Below, piece after piece: positions 27,224 through 36,538 of a stretch of 59,601 bases of DNA. The stretch lies in IMG/VR virus record IMGVR_UViG_3300028577_000006. One strand, given 5' to 3'. Numbering within the stretch: the first letter of the stretch is position 1; each line of letters begins with the position of its first letter. The stretch comes from a virus. Its lineage: Duplodnaviria > Heunggongvirae > Uroviricota > Caudoviricetes. The notes beneath the pieces are model-generated. The model saw only the letters and a list, made by a program, of their open reading frames with translations, was not told the DNA's origin and did no database searches. A program made the position numbers and the translations under genes.

Positions 27224-27594
27224 AGCACGGTCCAAAGAACCCGCGCAACGTCATGAAGTTCAGCATTCACCTCGCGAATCCGGAATACGGGATCTTCGAG
27301 GGCTGGATGTGGCACGCGACCCATGGTCGCGAGATCGTCGAGTTCCGTGCAAAGCTGAAGCGTGGTACCGAGCCCATGTCACGCGGCACGCTGTGCTTCT
27401 ACATGACCGGCTTCACGCTCGTCACACTCAACAGCAAGACGCTCACGCGCGGCGTGAAGATCCCGTTCACTGGATGCCCGCTTCCGAGTGGCGAGAACAT
27501 CTACACGACGTTCGAGTCGCGCTACAGCGATCCGACGAACAAGCAGTGCATCGTCGAGTGCGAAGTGCACACCAGAAAGAGCGACAAGTCGTGA
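27220..27594 (+). CDS. hypothetical protein
   Basis: ATGA/GTGA overlaps. Confidence 0.55.
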   Translation: MKHGPKNPRNVMKFSIHLANPEYGIFEGWMWHATHGREIVEFRAKLKRGTEPMSRGTLCFYMTGFTLVTLNSKTLTRGVKIPFTGCPLPSGENIYTTFESRYSDPTNKQCIVECEVHTRKSDKS

Positions 27595-27851
27595 GCTATC
27601 ATCTGCACGAGTTCGAGCTTGGCGGCCCAGAGGACGGAGGCTGGGAAAGCGGTCGATGCCGTTACTGCGGCGAAGACGAAGCACACTGGCACCACCGCGA
27701 CGACTCTGGCTTCCCGTGGCAGGACATGAACAGCGTCTTCAATCGCATGCGTGCAGACGGAAGCCTATCGCCGTACATGGACGGCCTGACGCATGACGAG
27801 AAGGTTCGCGAAGAGCGTGTCGAGCGCGAGCGTGCTGGCGGTGCGACGTGA
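27591..27851 (+). CDS. hypothetical protein
   Basis: CRYC..H motif; overlaps. Confidence 0.5.
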   Translation: MSYHLHEFELGGPEDGGWESGRCRYCGEDEAHWHHRDDSGFPWQDMNSVFNRMRADGSLSPYMDGLTHDEKVREERVERERAGGAT

Positions 27852-28279
27852 AGAAGATGCCGCACATGTACCTCCGGGCGCTCTCCAGGCCGCACGAGCC
27901 GGGCGATCCACCACGCCGTTGGCGTTGCGAGTACTGCAAGACCGAGGGGGTGATGGACGAAATCTGCAAGGTCTCGTGCCCGTACGACTATCCGCCATGC
28001 AAGCACTGTGGTCTGCGAGGTGAGTGCGCGCGCGACTGCTCCGGCATGATGGGTCTTCTCGGCGGACTCGCCGCTGGCGAGAATCCGAAGGTGCACGTCA
28101 TCGGCATGCCGAATCCCGATTTGACCGCCTGCAAGTCGTGCCTCGGTCGCGGCTTCTACCCCACCAAGAACAAGCGGAAGTGGCCGAAGGGCGCCAAGCC
28201 TGACGAGATCGGGTACGTGTTCGTGAAGTGCGAGAAGTGCGGCGCCACTGGCAAGCGCGCGGATGCGGCAGAAGCATGA
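27848..28279 (+). CDS. Cys-rich Zn-finger protein (DnaJ-type CxxCxGxG-like repeats)
   Basis: CEYC, CKHC, CKSCLGRG, CEKCGATG. Confidence 0.6.
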   Translation: MKKMPHMYLRALSRPHEPGDPPRRWRCEYCKTEGVMDEICKVSCPYDYPPCKHCGLRGECARDCSGMMGLLGGLAAGENPKVHVIGMPNPDLTACKSCLGRGFYPTKNKRKWPKGAKPDEIGYVFVKCEKCGATGKRADAAEA

Positions 28280-28488
28280 GTGACCGCGAGGACTACGTGT
28301 CAACGGTCAACGGCCAATGGGTTCGGCAGGACGAGGCCCGGAGTGCTTTGCTGCGCGCGCTCTACGAGGCGCAGTCGATCGCCGCGTCCATCGGACAGCA
28401 GACGGATCGTGAAGAAGCCAAACGAGGCGACGACATGGCGCATGAGATCGATCGCCTTGCGCGTTCCGTGGAGCAGTGGCGGCGATGA
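28276..28488 (+). CDS. hypothetical protein
   Basis: ATGA overlaps. Confidence 0.45.
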   Translation: MSDREDYVSTVNGQWVRQDEARSALLRALYEAQSIAASIGQQTDREEAKRGDDMAHEIDRLARSVEQWRR

Positions 28489-29072
28489 CCTCCGTGCGTA
28501 CGCCGCTGCCGCCAGACGGCTGGGTACTCTACGATCCGAGCTTCGTGCCCGGTCAGCGAGATCTGATGGCCACGCTCGTCGAGGCGCTTCCGCTGCGTCA
28601 AGAAGTGCTGCACATCTATGGCGCGCCGCGCAAAACGCCACGCCTCGTCAGCTGGCACGGGGATCCTGGCGCGACCTACGGCTACTCCGGCACATCGCAC
28701 ACGGCACACGGATGGACGCCGCAGCTGCTGGAGCTTAGGGAGCGGCTGCGGCCGGTCGGCGTCTTCAACTCGGTGCTCGTGAACTACTACCGCGATGGTG
28801 ACGACAGCGTTGGCTTCCACGCGGACAACGAGCCCGAGCTTGGACCCGACTCTCCGAACGACGTGCTGATCGCGTCGATCTCGCTCGGCGGCAAACGTCG
28901 CTTCGTGCTCAAGCACACGGGCACGAAAGAGACGCGTGACTTCATGCTGGGTGGTGGTGACCTGTTCGTCATGGGCGGCGCGACGCAGAAGCACTGGATC
29001 CACAGCGTGCCGAAGACGACGTTGCCGGTGCTGCCGAGGATGAATCTCACGTTCAGACAGGTGAAGACATGA
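28485..29072 (+). CDS. alkB: AlkB-family 2OG-Fe(II) dioxygenase (ALKBH2/3-like)
   Basis: PRLVSWHG...Y.YSG...FNSVLVNYYRDGDDSVGFHADNE...SISLG..RRF...HSVPK...RMNLTFR. Confidence 0.9.
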   Translation: MTSVRTPLPPDGWVLYDPSFVPGQRDLMATLVEALPLRQEVLHIYGAPRKTPRLVSWHGDPGATYGYSGTSHTAHGWTPQLLELRERLRPVGVFNSVLVNYYRDGDDSVGFHADNEPELGPDSPNDVLIASISLGGKRRFVLKHTGTKETRDFMLGGGDLFVMGGATQKHWIHSVPKTTLPVLPRMNLTFRQVKT

Positions 29073-29323
29073 GGCTCTGCTTTTTGGCCATGGCGCTCTG
29101 CGCATGCTCTACGCCAACCGCACCACGGCGCGCGACGATGCCGCTCGCCCAGTTCAACGCGGACCCGTGGAATCGCTGCCAAGCGCACATACGCGAGATC
29201 GCGTGTGCCGGCGGCACGACGAATCTGTCGGAAGACATCGAATGCATCCAGTCGCTGCACATGGAGTACGCCCGCGCGTACGATCGGCTGGCATGGCTGG
29301 AGCAGTACGACTGCGAGTTTTGA
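29069..29323 (+). CDS. small putative lipoprotein
   Basis: MRLCFLAMALCAC lipobox-like N-terminus. Confidence 0.5.
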   Translation: MRLCFLAMALCACSTPTAPRRATMPLAQFNADPWNRCQAHIREIACAGGTTNLSEDIECIQSLHMEYARAYDRLAWLEQYDCEF

Positions 29324-29326
29324 ACG

Positions 29327-29578
29327 ATGACGTTTCCAATCCTCTACACGAGCGCACGTGATTGGCACCTGAACGCCGAGCCGCCCGACGGGCATGCCCG
29401 CCTTCGCGTCGCGACCGAAGTTCTCCCCGGAGACCTGGTTCGCTTTCGTGGATGCGCCGAGTGGGAAGAGGTGCTTGCCGTCGATCACGCTCGAAAAGCC
29501 GTCATGATCGAGTGGCGTGGCTTCAAACGAGAGAGCGGAACACACAACCTCATTGATGCGTGTCGCACGCAGCGTTAA
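29327..29578 (+). CDS. hypothetical protein
   Basis: 83-aa ORF. Confidence 0.45.
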   Translation: MTFPILYTSARDWHLNAEPPDGHARLRVATEVLPGDLVRFRGCAEWEEVLAVDHARKAVMIEWRGFKRESGTHNLIDACRTQR

Positions 29579-29585
29579 CACGTGC

Positions 29586-29620
29586 TTGCGGCTGACATGG
29601 CGACCAAGTAGTGTCGGACA
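29586..29620 (+). promoter_or_regulatory. sigma70-like promoter with overlapping TGTCNGACA
   Basis: TTGCGG(29586-29591)-N17-TAGTGT(29609-29614); palindrome 29612-29620. Confidence 0.65.
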
Positions 29621-29622
29621 AC

Positions 29623-29985
29623 ATGGTCACATCCGATCCGCTTCGGCGCTGGAGCTTTCGACTAATCTGCTTCGCCCGCGACAACCAGGAGCTTCCGATG
29701 GAAAGCGTGCTCTTTCAGTGTGCACAGGCGAATCCCGAAGAGTGGAATGCCGCGCTCAACGCCGCCGCCGACGGGCCGGTCGCATTCATCGATGGCGGCG
29801 ACACCTCCCAACGGTTTTTCACGGAGGGCGAGCTGGAGCGCAACTTGTCCGACGAAGAGAAGGCTTGGTGGGCCACAGCAAAGCCTGGCGACACGCGTCG
29901 CGTTGCGAACGGCGGCTACTACCCTGGAACGGACGCGATCGTGATCAAGCTCGGAGCCGTTCAGCAGACGGAGCGCTCGCGATGA
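29623..29985 (+). CDS. hypothetical protein
   Basis: ATG 8 nt after the -10 (leaderless). Confidence 0.55.
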   Translation: MVTSDPLRRWSFRLICFARDNQELPMESVLFQCAQANPEEWNAALNAAADGPVAFIDGGDTSQRFFTEGELERNLSDEEKAWWATAKPGDTRRVANGGYYPGTDAIVIKLGAVQQTERSR

Positions 29986-30287
29986 GTACCTCGATGGAAG
30001 CGCGGCTCGCTGAGATCCGCGAGATGAACAAGCATCGCAAGTGCCCGTACGTTGAGCGCTGCAACAGCCGTCGGTGTCCTCTGCATGGGCAAGAGGCGCG
30101 CGCGATGAACGACCTCATCGAGATGGTCGAGACGTTGCAGTCGCAGGTCGAGGCGGCGTTCGCGCTCGACGAGGTGTCCATGCGCACGCCGATCCGCGAG
30201 TTCAAGAACAACGTCGCGCGTGCGGAGAAGGCAGAAGCAGCGCTCGCAGACATCGAGACCAGGCTGAAGGCTTTTCTAGTGGGATGA
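29982..30287 (+). CDS. hypothetical protein
   Basis: ATGA overlap; CPY..C...C..H followed by a coiled coil. Confidence 0.5.
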   Translation: MSTSMEARLAEIREMNKHRKCPYVERCNSRRCPLHGQEARAMNDLIEMVETLQSQVEAAFALDEVSMRTPIREFKNNVARAEKAEAALADIETRLKAFLVG

Positions 30288-30293
30288 CCCCAC

Positions 30294-30328
30294 TTGCGTC
30301 GCGCAGCGAATCACAGTAGTGTCGGACA
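30294..30328 (+). promoter_or_regulatory. sigma70-like promoter with overlapping TGTCNGACA
   Basis: TTGCGT(30294-30299)-N17-TAGTGT(30317-30322); palindrome 30320-30328. Confidence 0.65.
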
Positions 30329-30348
30329 TTCGGTAGAGGTTTCTGACG

Positions 30349-30657
30349 ATGATGGCGATTGTGTTTGCTCTGGGGATGGCGACCGGTGGGCTCCTGCTCT
30401 CTCTGGTTTGGTGGATGCTCGGCGAGCGCGCTATGCGCGTCATCGACGTAAAGCCCACCGGCCCGCGCAAGCACCGCAACCTCTCCGTGAGAGTCGACAT
30501 CGGCGGCGAAAAGCGCCTGTACATGGGCAGCGTGACCGTCTGGCACCTGGTGACGGATGCTGGCTTGGTCCGAGCGCCGACTTCGATCGAAGAGAGGCTC
30601 GCCGACGTCTGGGAGACGTACGACCAGGAAAACCCCGACTGGGGCTCCAATAGCTGA
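30349..30657 (+). CDS. membrane-anchored hypothetical protein
   Basis: N-terminal TM helix. Confidence 0.5.
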   Translation: MMAIVFALGMATGGLLLSLVWWMLGERAMRVIDVKPTGPRKHRNLSVRVDIGGEKRLYMGSVTVWHLVTDAGLVRAPTSIEERLADVWETYDQENPDWGSNS

Positions 30658-30711
30658 AGACGGCGTCCCGTTGGACGGCGTTGGTGTCTGGATTCGAAGG
30701 AGAAGAGTGAG

Positions 30712-31101
30712 ATGGGAAAGAAGCTGTTCGTGGGCGGTCTTCCGTGGTCGACCGATGATGCTGCACTCGCAGCCGCTTTCGCGCCGTTCGGTACGGTGAC
30801 GGAGGCCAAGGTCATCACCGATCGTGAGACCGGCAAGTCGCGTGGGTTCGGGTTCGTGACGTACTCGTCGGATGCCGAGGCGGCGAAGGCGATCCCGGCG
30901 ATGGACGGAGCCACGATCGGCATCCGGGTGATCAACGTCAACGAGGCGCAGGAGCGCTCGGGCGGCGGGGGCGGCGGAGGACGTGGAGGCGGCGGCGCAG
31001 GTCGCTTCGACGACCGTGGTGGCGGCGGGGGTGGCGGACGCAGCGGTGATCGCGGCGACGACCAGCGTGGACGACGCGGCGACCGCGGCGACCGCTGGTG
31101 A
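30712..31101 (+). CDS. RRM RNA-binding protein with glycine/arginine-rich tail
   Basis: RNP2 LFVGGL, RNP1 RGFGFVTY, VNEAQER then poly-G/RGG. Confidence 0.93.
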   Translation: MGKKLFVGGLPWSTDDAALAAAFAPFGTVTEAKVITDRETGKSRGFGFVTYSSDAEAAKAIPAMDGATIGIRVINVNEAQERSGGGGGGGRGGGGAGRFDDRGGGGGGGRSGDRGDDQRGRRGDRGDRW

Positions 31102-31183
31102 ACTGACTTCGGTCTCGTTCCGGCAGCACGGGCGTCTGGGCGCCGTCCGTGCTGTGCATTCCTATGCCCGGAACGAGATCTCG

Positions 31184-31408
31184 ATGGCGAAGAAGAGCGA
31201 GAGAAAGGGACGAGTCCGCTGGGACTCCGAACTGGGCGGCTACTACGGCTGGGTGCAGATCTTCAGCACGCGGTGGCAGCGCAAAACGATCGGCTGCTCT
31301 ACCCCCGAGCGCGCGGTCGAGTTCTTGGTCAAGGCCGGACTGCTCAAGACGAACATCGAGATCGGTCCGGAAGCTCCGGCGCATGAGCGCCCTCTGCTCG
31401 TCCGATGA
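31184..31408 (+). CDS. hypothetical protein
   Basis: 74 aa, ATGA overlap. Confidence 0.4.
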   Translation: MAKKSERKGRVRWDSELGGYYGWVQIFSTRWQRKTIGCSTPERAVEFLVKAGLLKTNIEIGPEAPAHERPLLVR

Positions 31409-32724
31409 GCCGCGCATACATCGTGCCGCCGCCGTCGCCTCACGCAAAGCACACGCGTGGGGACCCTGACGAGGACTACGAAATCTACCAGCTTGGCAAC
31501 GGCAAGGCAGGGCGCACGCTCGACGAGCATGGGCCTGCGGCGCTTCGGGGTTGCCGGCGAGGGCCTAAGATCATGAGCGCAAACCAGAACGACTTCTCCA
31601 CCACGTACAAGAACGCGCTCGACAGGGCGCACGGATTCACTCGTGGCGCAGAGGCATTCGACCAGCTGGCGCGCGCGTACACGTTCGCACTCGGCCACAC
31701 CGCGCCAGTGATGATCGGCTACGCGGGCGGACAGCGACCGTTCACGCAGCAAGCCTGCGACGAGCTTCTCGCGCTGCTCGACAAGGACGGCTTCACGCTC
31801 GTGTCTCGCGAGTTCTCTCCTCCGAGCCGCACCTGCGTCTTGTTCGATCAGACGGTCTGGCGCGCCCCCCACGGCGCCGTCGCGCTCGTGCAGGCGCGAT
31901 CGGGACGCGTCGACCAAGGCGACAACATCACCGTGCTCAGTACCGACGTCGAGATGATCGAGCGGTACACGGCGTGGTGGGAGAGCGGCAAGGTCCAAGA
32001 GTCGCCGGTCGCGAAGATCAGTGGCGTCTTTTCCGGGCAGAACGGTATCGAGATTCGCGAGTTCTCGACTCCCATCGGCTGGCCGCTGGAGCGCGGCAAC
32101 TACACCAAGGACGTGCTCTCGTTCTACGACACGCTCTGCACCGAGCTGATCTCGCCAACACCATCCGGTCGCTTGGCCATCCTCGACGGCAAGCCAGGTG
32201 GAGGGAAAACGTATCTGTTGCGCGGACTCGTTCAAGACCTGTCCGACCGCGCGCACTTCATCTACCTGCCGGCGTCGATGGTCGCGAGCCTCGACGGGCC
32301 ACAGATGCTCTCGCTCCTAAACGAAGAGCAGCGCTACTCGTATCGCGACGAGGGAGCGGACGCGCCGAAGCCGAAGATCTTCGTGGTCGAAGACGCTGAC
32401 GACTGCCTCGTGTCACGAGGGTCAGACAACATGAGTTCGATTCGCAACCTGCTGAACTTCTGCGACGGCTTCCTCGGCATGATGCTCGACGTGCGCATCG
32501 TCGCGACGACGAACAGCGGCCACATCGGTCGGACCGACAAAGTCGACGCCGCGCTTCTGCGTCCCGGTCGCCTGATCGCGCGCTCCACGGTGCCGCCTCT
32601 TTCGGCGGACGACCTACGCGCTTGGTTCGATCGACGTGCGCTGTCGCCGGAGAAGCTGGCCGACGGAATGACGCTCGCCGAAGCCTACGCCAAAGCGCGT
32701 GAGATGGGATGGAAGCCGTCGTGA
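31405..32724 (+). CDS. AAA+ ATPase (BCS1-like core)
   Basis: Walker A GKPGGGKT, Walker B VVEDAD, LLNFCDG, ATTN, DAALLRPGR; start may be 31573. Confidence 0.85.
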   Translation: MSRAYIVPPPSPHAKHTRGDPDEDYEIYQLGNGKAGRTLDEHGPAALRGCRRGPKIMSANQNDFSTTYKNALDRAHGFTRGAEAFDQLARAYTFALGHTAPVMIGYAGGQRPFTQQACDELLALLDKDGFTLVSREFSPPSRTCVLFDQTVWRAPHGAVALVQARSGRVDQGDNITVLSTDVEMIERYTAWWESGKVQESPVAKISGVFSGQNGIEIREFSTPIGWPLERGNYTKDVLSFYDTLCTELISPTPSGRLAILDGKPGGGKTYLLRGLVQDLSDRAHFIYLPASMVASLDGPQMLSLLNEEQRYSYRDEGADAPKPKIFVVEDADDCLVSRGSDNMSSIRNLLNFCDGFLGMMLDVRIVATTNSGHIGRTDKVDAALLRPGRLIARSTVPPLSADDLRAWFDRRALSPEKLADGMTLAEAYAKAREMGWKPS

Positions 32725-33113
32725 GCAAGCTTCCGATCTCGTCGTTCGAAGCGCTCTTCGAGAGCATCGTTCCCAAGATGGACGAGCGCTCCCGCGTGCG
32801 TGCGGCCCTCAGCTTTCACAACGCGAACCGACGCGAGCGGCGGCGGCGAATGGCGTGGGCCATGAGATTCATGGACGAGTACCGGCGCGTGTGTTCGATC
32901 AACACGTTTGGCACAGCGTTCATGCTCACCGACATCGAGCACGTGATAGAGGCTGACATCCTGGCGCTTCAAGAAGATCTGCCGATGTGGTCGTACGCGG
33001 ACGACGAAACCCTGTTGCGCAACGTTGGACCTCTACACGCGCCGTGGAAGGCGCTGCTCGAAGAGTATCTGGCCGAGACAGACGCGATGGTTGCTGGCCT
33101 GGGAGAAGCCTGA
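32721..33113 (+). CDS. hypothetical protein
   Basis: GTGA overlap. Confidence 0.55.
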   Translation: MSKLPISSFEALFESIVPKMDERSRVRAALSFHNANRRERRRRMAWAMRFMDEYRRVCSINTFGTAFMLTDIEHVIEADILALQEDLPMWSYADDETLLRNVGPLHAPWKALLEEYLAETDAMVAGLGEA

Positions 33114-33114
33114 C

Positions 33115-33564
33115 GTGACAACGAGCTACGACGAGATCTACAAGAACTGGGCCTCCTTCCCTGACTGCCGCATTCGCGTCGACATCGGTGGCGACGGCGG
33201 CGAGAACATGTGGGGCAAGGAGCTTCCCGGCGGCCTCTACGGCATCAACAACGACCCGCTGCACCTGGAATACCGGTGGCAGGACATCGTGTCGAGGCGC
33301 GAGATCCGAGACGACAAGGCAGTCGTCCATCGTCGCTGGAAGACGAAAACGCACTTCACCTTCGATGATCCGAAGGACAAGGAGCAGTCGAAGGCTCTGC
33401 GTGAGAAGATGCTCGCGGCATTCAAGGCGACGGCGCGGACCGCGCTAGGCTTCTGGGCACCTGGAGTCTGCTACGCCCACTTCGAAGACCGGCTGACGAT
33501 GCCTGGCGCGCTCCTCACCGGCGTCTGCGTTCTTTCGCTGCACGAATCCAATGTCGAAGAGTGA
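33115..33564 (+). CDS. hypothetical protein
   Basis: Operonic ORF. Confidence 0.55.
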   Translation: MTTSYDEIYKNWASFPDCRIRVDIGGDGGENMWGKELPGGLYGINNDPLHLEYRWQDIVSRREIRDDKAVVHRRWKTKTHFTFDDPKDKEQSKALREKMLAAFKATARTALGFWAPGVCYAHFEDRLTMPGALLTGVCVLSLHESNVEE

Positions 33565-34402
33565 GCGAACCGTCACGTTCTCGGAGCACGAAGTGCTGGG
33601 GACGCTCGCTGGTCGCAAGACGTCGTTTCGGCGACCTGTAAATCGCAACGACTTCGTCATGGGCCCTGAGCGTGGCATGTACCTTCGCGAAGACGCATCT
33701 GCGTGGTACATCGGTGGCTCTTACGTCATCTCTGGGGCAACGAAGCTCGCCAACGGGAAGTACACGCTCTCTGGCGCAGAGGCGCCGCCGGAGTACAGAG
33801 CACGCGGCATCTACGGTCGTCCTGGCACCATCCTGCGTGTGCGTGAGACCTGGAGTCCGGACTTGGCGACCGTCTACCCCTTCGACAAGATCGTGTACCG
33901 CGCTGGCATGATCGACGATCCTGTCGACGACTCCAAGCGACACGAGGTCGTCTGCAAGTACGAGAAGACCGGTGTGCGCTGGGGCGACTGCCTGCGATGC
34001 GCAACCAACGAGCGCGGCTTCCGCTGGCGCTCGGCGACCACGATGCGACCAGGAGCATCGCGGCTGACGCTCAAGGTCACCGCCACGCGGATCGAGCGGC
34101 TTCACGCGATCACCGAAGCCGCCGCGCGCGCAGAAGGCATCGAAGGCTCGCGACCGGTCGACGGTGAGCCATTCACTTGGCGTGACTACGACATGTTTCC
34201 AAACAATCTGCGCGGCGTACTGCGTCATGATTCGACCGAGTGGTTCGGCTCGCCGCTCGACAGCTACAAGACGTACTGGAAGCTGATGCACGGCGCGAAG
34301 GCGTCGTGGGAGAGCAACCCGCTCGTGTGGGTCATCACCTTCGAGCGCATGCCGAGCAGTCTCTGGGACCACGTGGTTCCGGCAAGCGCTGTGGTCCACT
34401 GA
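33551..34402 (+). CDS. ASCH/PUA-like phage protein
   Basis: AGRKTSFRR...LRVRETW...RWRSATTM...SRLTLKVT.TRIERL..IT...A.AEG...W.SNPLVWVITF. Confidence 0.65.
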   Translation: MSKSERTVTFSEHEVLGTLAGRKTSFRRPVNRNDFVMGPERGMYLREDASAWYIGGSYVISGATKLANGKYTLSGAEAPPEYRARGIYGRPGTILRVRETWSPDLATVYPFDKIVYRAGMIDDPVDDSKRHEVVCKYEKTGVRWGDCLRCATNERGFRWRSATTMRPGASRLTLKVTATRIERLHAITEAAARAEGIEGSRPVDGEPFTWRDYDMFPNNLRGVLRHDSTEWFGSPLDSYKTYWKLMHGAKASWESNPLVWVITFERMPSSLWDHVVPASAVVH

Positions 34403-34947
34403 TGCGCAAGCGTCACGAGCGGGCGCTGACGCTTCACGCGGCCGACGTGCGGGCGCTTGCCGCCGGCAAGACGCAGATCTGCGTGCCCATCACGCTCACC
34501 GAGTTCAAGCGCTCCCAGACGAAAGGCTACGACTGGACGTTCCGATACGCGCCGGGCTATCGCGTCCAGAAGCCAGGGTCCGGACTGTGGCAGGACTTTC
34601 GTGAGGCCAACCTGATCGCGCACGATCGCTTCTGCCCGTTTGCCTGCAAGCGCCTCTGGGTGCGCGAGACGTGGGGCGCGGTCTCGCCGCGCGAAGACTT
34701 CGCGCCGATCGCAGAGTGCCGCTACGAGTACCGAGCGGACAAGCCGGCGGGGCATTTTCCGGGCGACTGGCACCACGCTCCAGACGACGCGGAAGCCTGC
34801 CGGTGGCGCTCGGCGACGCAGATGCCGCGGTACGCGTCCAGGTTCGATCTGGAGGTTCAGAGCGTCACCGTGGGGCGCCTGGACGCGGAAAGCCCGTGGA
34901 CCTGGATCGTCGACTTCAAAGTCGTCGCGCATCAGTCCCACAACTAG
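34402..34947 (+). CDS. ASCH/PUA-like phage protein (shorter paralogue)
   Basis: AGKTQ...LWVRETW...RWRSATQMPRYASRFDLEV...PWTWIVDF. Confidence 0.6.
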   Translation: MRKRHERALTLHAADVRALAAGKTQICVPITLTEFKRSQTKGYDWTFRYAPGYRVQKPGSGLWQDFREANLIAHDRFCPFACKRLWVRETWGAVSPREDFAPIAECRYEYRADKPAGHFPGDWHHAPDDAEACRWRSATQMPRYASRFDLEVQSVTVGRLDAESPWTWIVDFKVVAHQSHN

Positions 34948-36269
34948 AAAGCACCGCGGCGGATGCGACGCCAGCCTTGTGCGCGCAGGGCTTGCGTCGT
35001 CGTCATTCTCTCGTCGGAGGCGGCGCTCATCCCGATCCACTCATGACCCTGTGCCATGTCCGAGACATGGAGCCGCACGACCAACTGTTCCTCGTTCATC
35101 CGCATCCACACGTCGCCGATTCTGGATGGGCCCGTACCGTCGTCGGAAAGCCGTTTCACCTCTTCGCGCAGACGGTGAAGCTCGGCAACCATTTCGCCAG
35201 CAGCCTGCACGGAACAGTCGCCGAGGTCGTGGCAGTTGGACCACTCGTCGTCGCAGTGCCCGAGGAACGCGTGGATGTCCTCGATCTGCTTGACGCGCTC
35301 TTCGTGGATGTCGAGTTCACGTTCCGCGTGGTGTTCCAGCTCGTCGTACTCCTTCTGCATCTGGCGGCGGCCTGCTTCAACGGCGGCCTCGATGACCTCG
35401 TCGGCACCGGGGCCAGGCCCGAGGCGCACTGCACATCGGTCGCATCGCACGTAGCCAGGCTCCGAAAGCGCAACCAGTGTGCCCAGGCAGCGGTTGTGGC
35501 CGCACCGATCGCCCGGCAGCGGAACCGCGGACCAGGAGACGGCGTTGCTTTGGCGCCACGCCTGCTCTTCATCGCGGCCTTGCTGCACTGCCGTCTTCAC
35601 CTCTTCGCCGAGGCGCTTCATCTGCCAGCGCGCGTTGCTCACGCGGGCGTGCAGCGCATCGACGTAGCCGAGCAGCCACATCACGTCTTCCTGCCATGGC
35701 GTACGCCAGCTGGCTTCCGGCGTCACGAGCGCGCGCAGGCGGCGGAGCTTCTGCTCGGTGGGCGAATCGACGATCTTCTCGACGGGCTCTGGACGATCGA
35801 GACCCATCACGCGGGCGAGCGTCTCCAGGTTTTCTTCGGTCGGGTTCACGGCGAAGACGCGGAGCGCCTCTTCCGACCCGGGCCGCACGGGCGTCATCAT
35901 CTGCGGCACGCACGTCGGATCTGGATTCACGAACGGCGGCTTCAGCTCACGGCAGATCTGCTGCCAGGCGTACTCGGGGCCGACCGTGTCCGTAGTGATG
36001 CTCAGCACGCTCGGCAGCACAACTCCAAAAGCGCTGACTGCGTAGATGTGGTACGAAATCTTGTCTGGGGCAGAGGAGTCCGAGCCCATAAAACGGAACC
36101 CAAGCACAAGACCGTCGCTGTTTGGGGTTCGATTCGCCGCCATCAGCGCTTTGATGCGACGATGCAGCGTCAACCAAGCCACATGGTCGAGCCCATCCTG
36201 AACGGCGGCGTCCAGGTCGCGTGACCACGCCGGGCTGAGCGCAAGCTCTTCGTGCAGTTCTCTGCTCAT
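34944..36269 (-). CDS. multidomain hypothetical protein
   Basis: About 441 aa; coiled coils and a CGHNRC...CDRC motif; first gene of the long minus-strand block. Confidence 0.6.
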   Translation of the reverse strand: MSRELHEELALSPAWSRDLDAAVQDGLDHVAWLTLHRRIKALMAANRTPNSDGLVLGFRFMGSDSSAPDKISYHIYAVSAFGVVLPSVLSITTDTVGPEYAWQQICRELKPPFVNPDPTCVPQMMTPVRPGSEEALRVFAVNPTEENLETLARVMGLDRPEPVEKIVDSPTEQKLRRLRALVTPEASWRTPWQEDVMWLLGYVDALHARVSNARWQMKRLGEEVKTAVQQGRDEEQAWRQSNAVSWSAVPLPGDRCGHNRCLGTLVALSEPGYVRCDRCAVRLGPGPGADEVIEAAVEAGRRQMQKEYDELEHHAERELDIHEERVKQIEDIHAFLGHCDDEWSNCHDLGDCSVQAAGEMVAELHRLREEVKRLSDDGTGPSRIGDVWMRMNEEQLVVRLHVSDMAQGHEWIGMSAASDERMTTTQALRAQGWRRIRRGAF

Positions 36270-36538
36270 CGGTTTCTCCCAGTCGGACCCAGCGATGTCT
36301 CCGGATCGGCGAAGTCTTCCTCGCACACGATGCTGCTCCCGATGATCGTCGCATCGGGCGGCATGCGCTTGTCCTTGTAGCGCAGATCTGCTGCGAACTT
36401 CTTCGCCTGTTCCAGCGCTTCGAGTCTCGTGGAGGTGTCAACGAAGGCGCGCGTCGAGCCGCTCGCAACCGAGCCCTCCGGTGTGTGCTTCATCCACACG
36501 AGGGTCACGAAGTACTTGGTCACGTTCTTGTCTGACAC
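36266..36538 (-). CDS. hypothetical protein
   Basis: 90 aa, ATGA overlap. Confidence 0.5.
   Translation of the reverse strand: MSDKNVTKYFVTLVWMKHTPEGSVASGSTRAFVDTSTRLEALEQAKKFAADLRYKDKRMPPDATIIGSSIVCEEDFADPETSLGPTGRNR

Noticed and set aside
30955-31095. GGC/GGT-rich tract as a repeat element or G-quadruplex switch
   Set aside because: Fully explained by the glycine-rich tail of the RRM protein.
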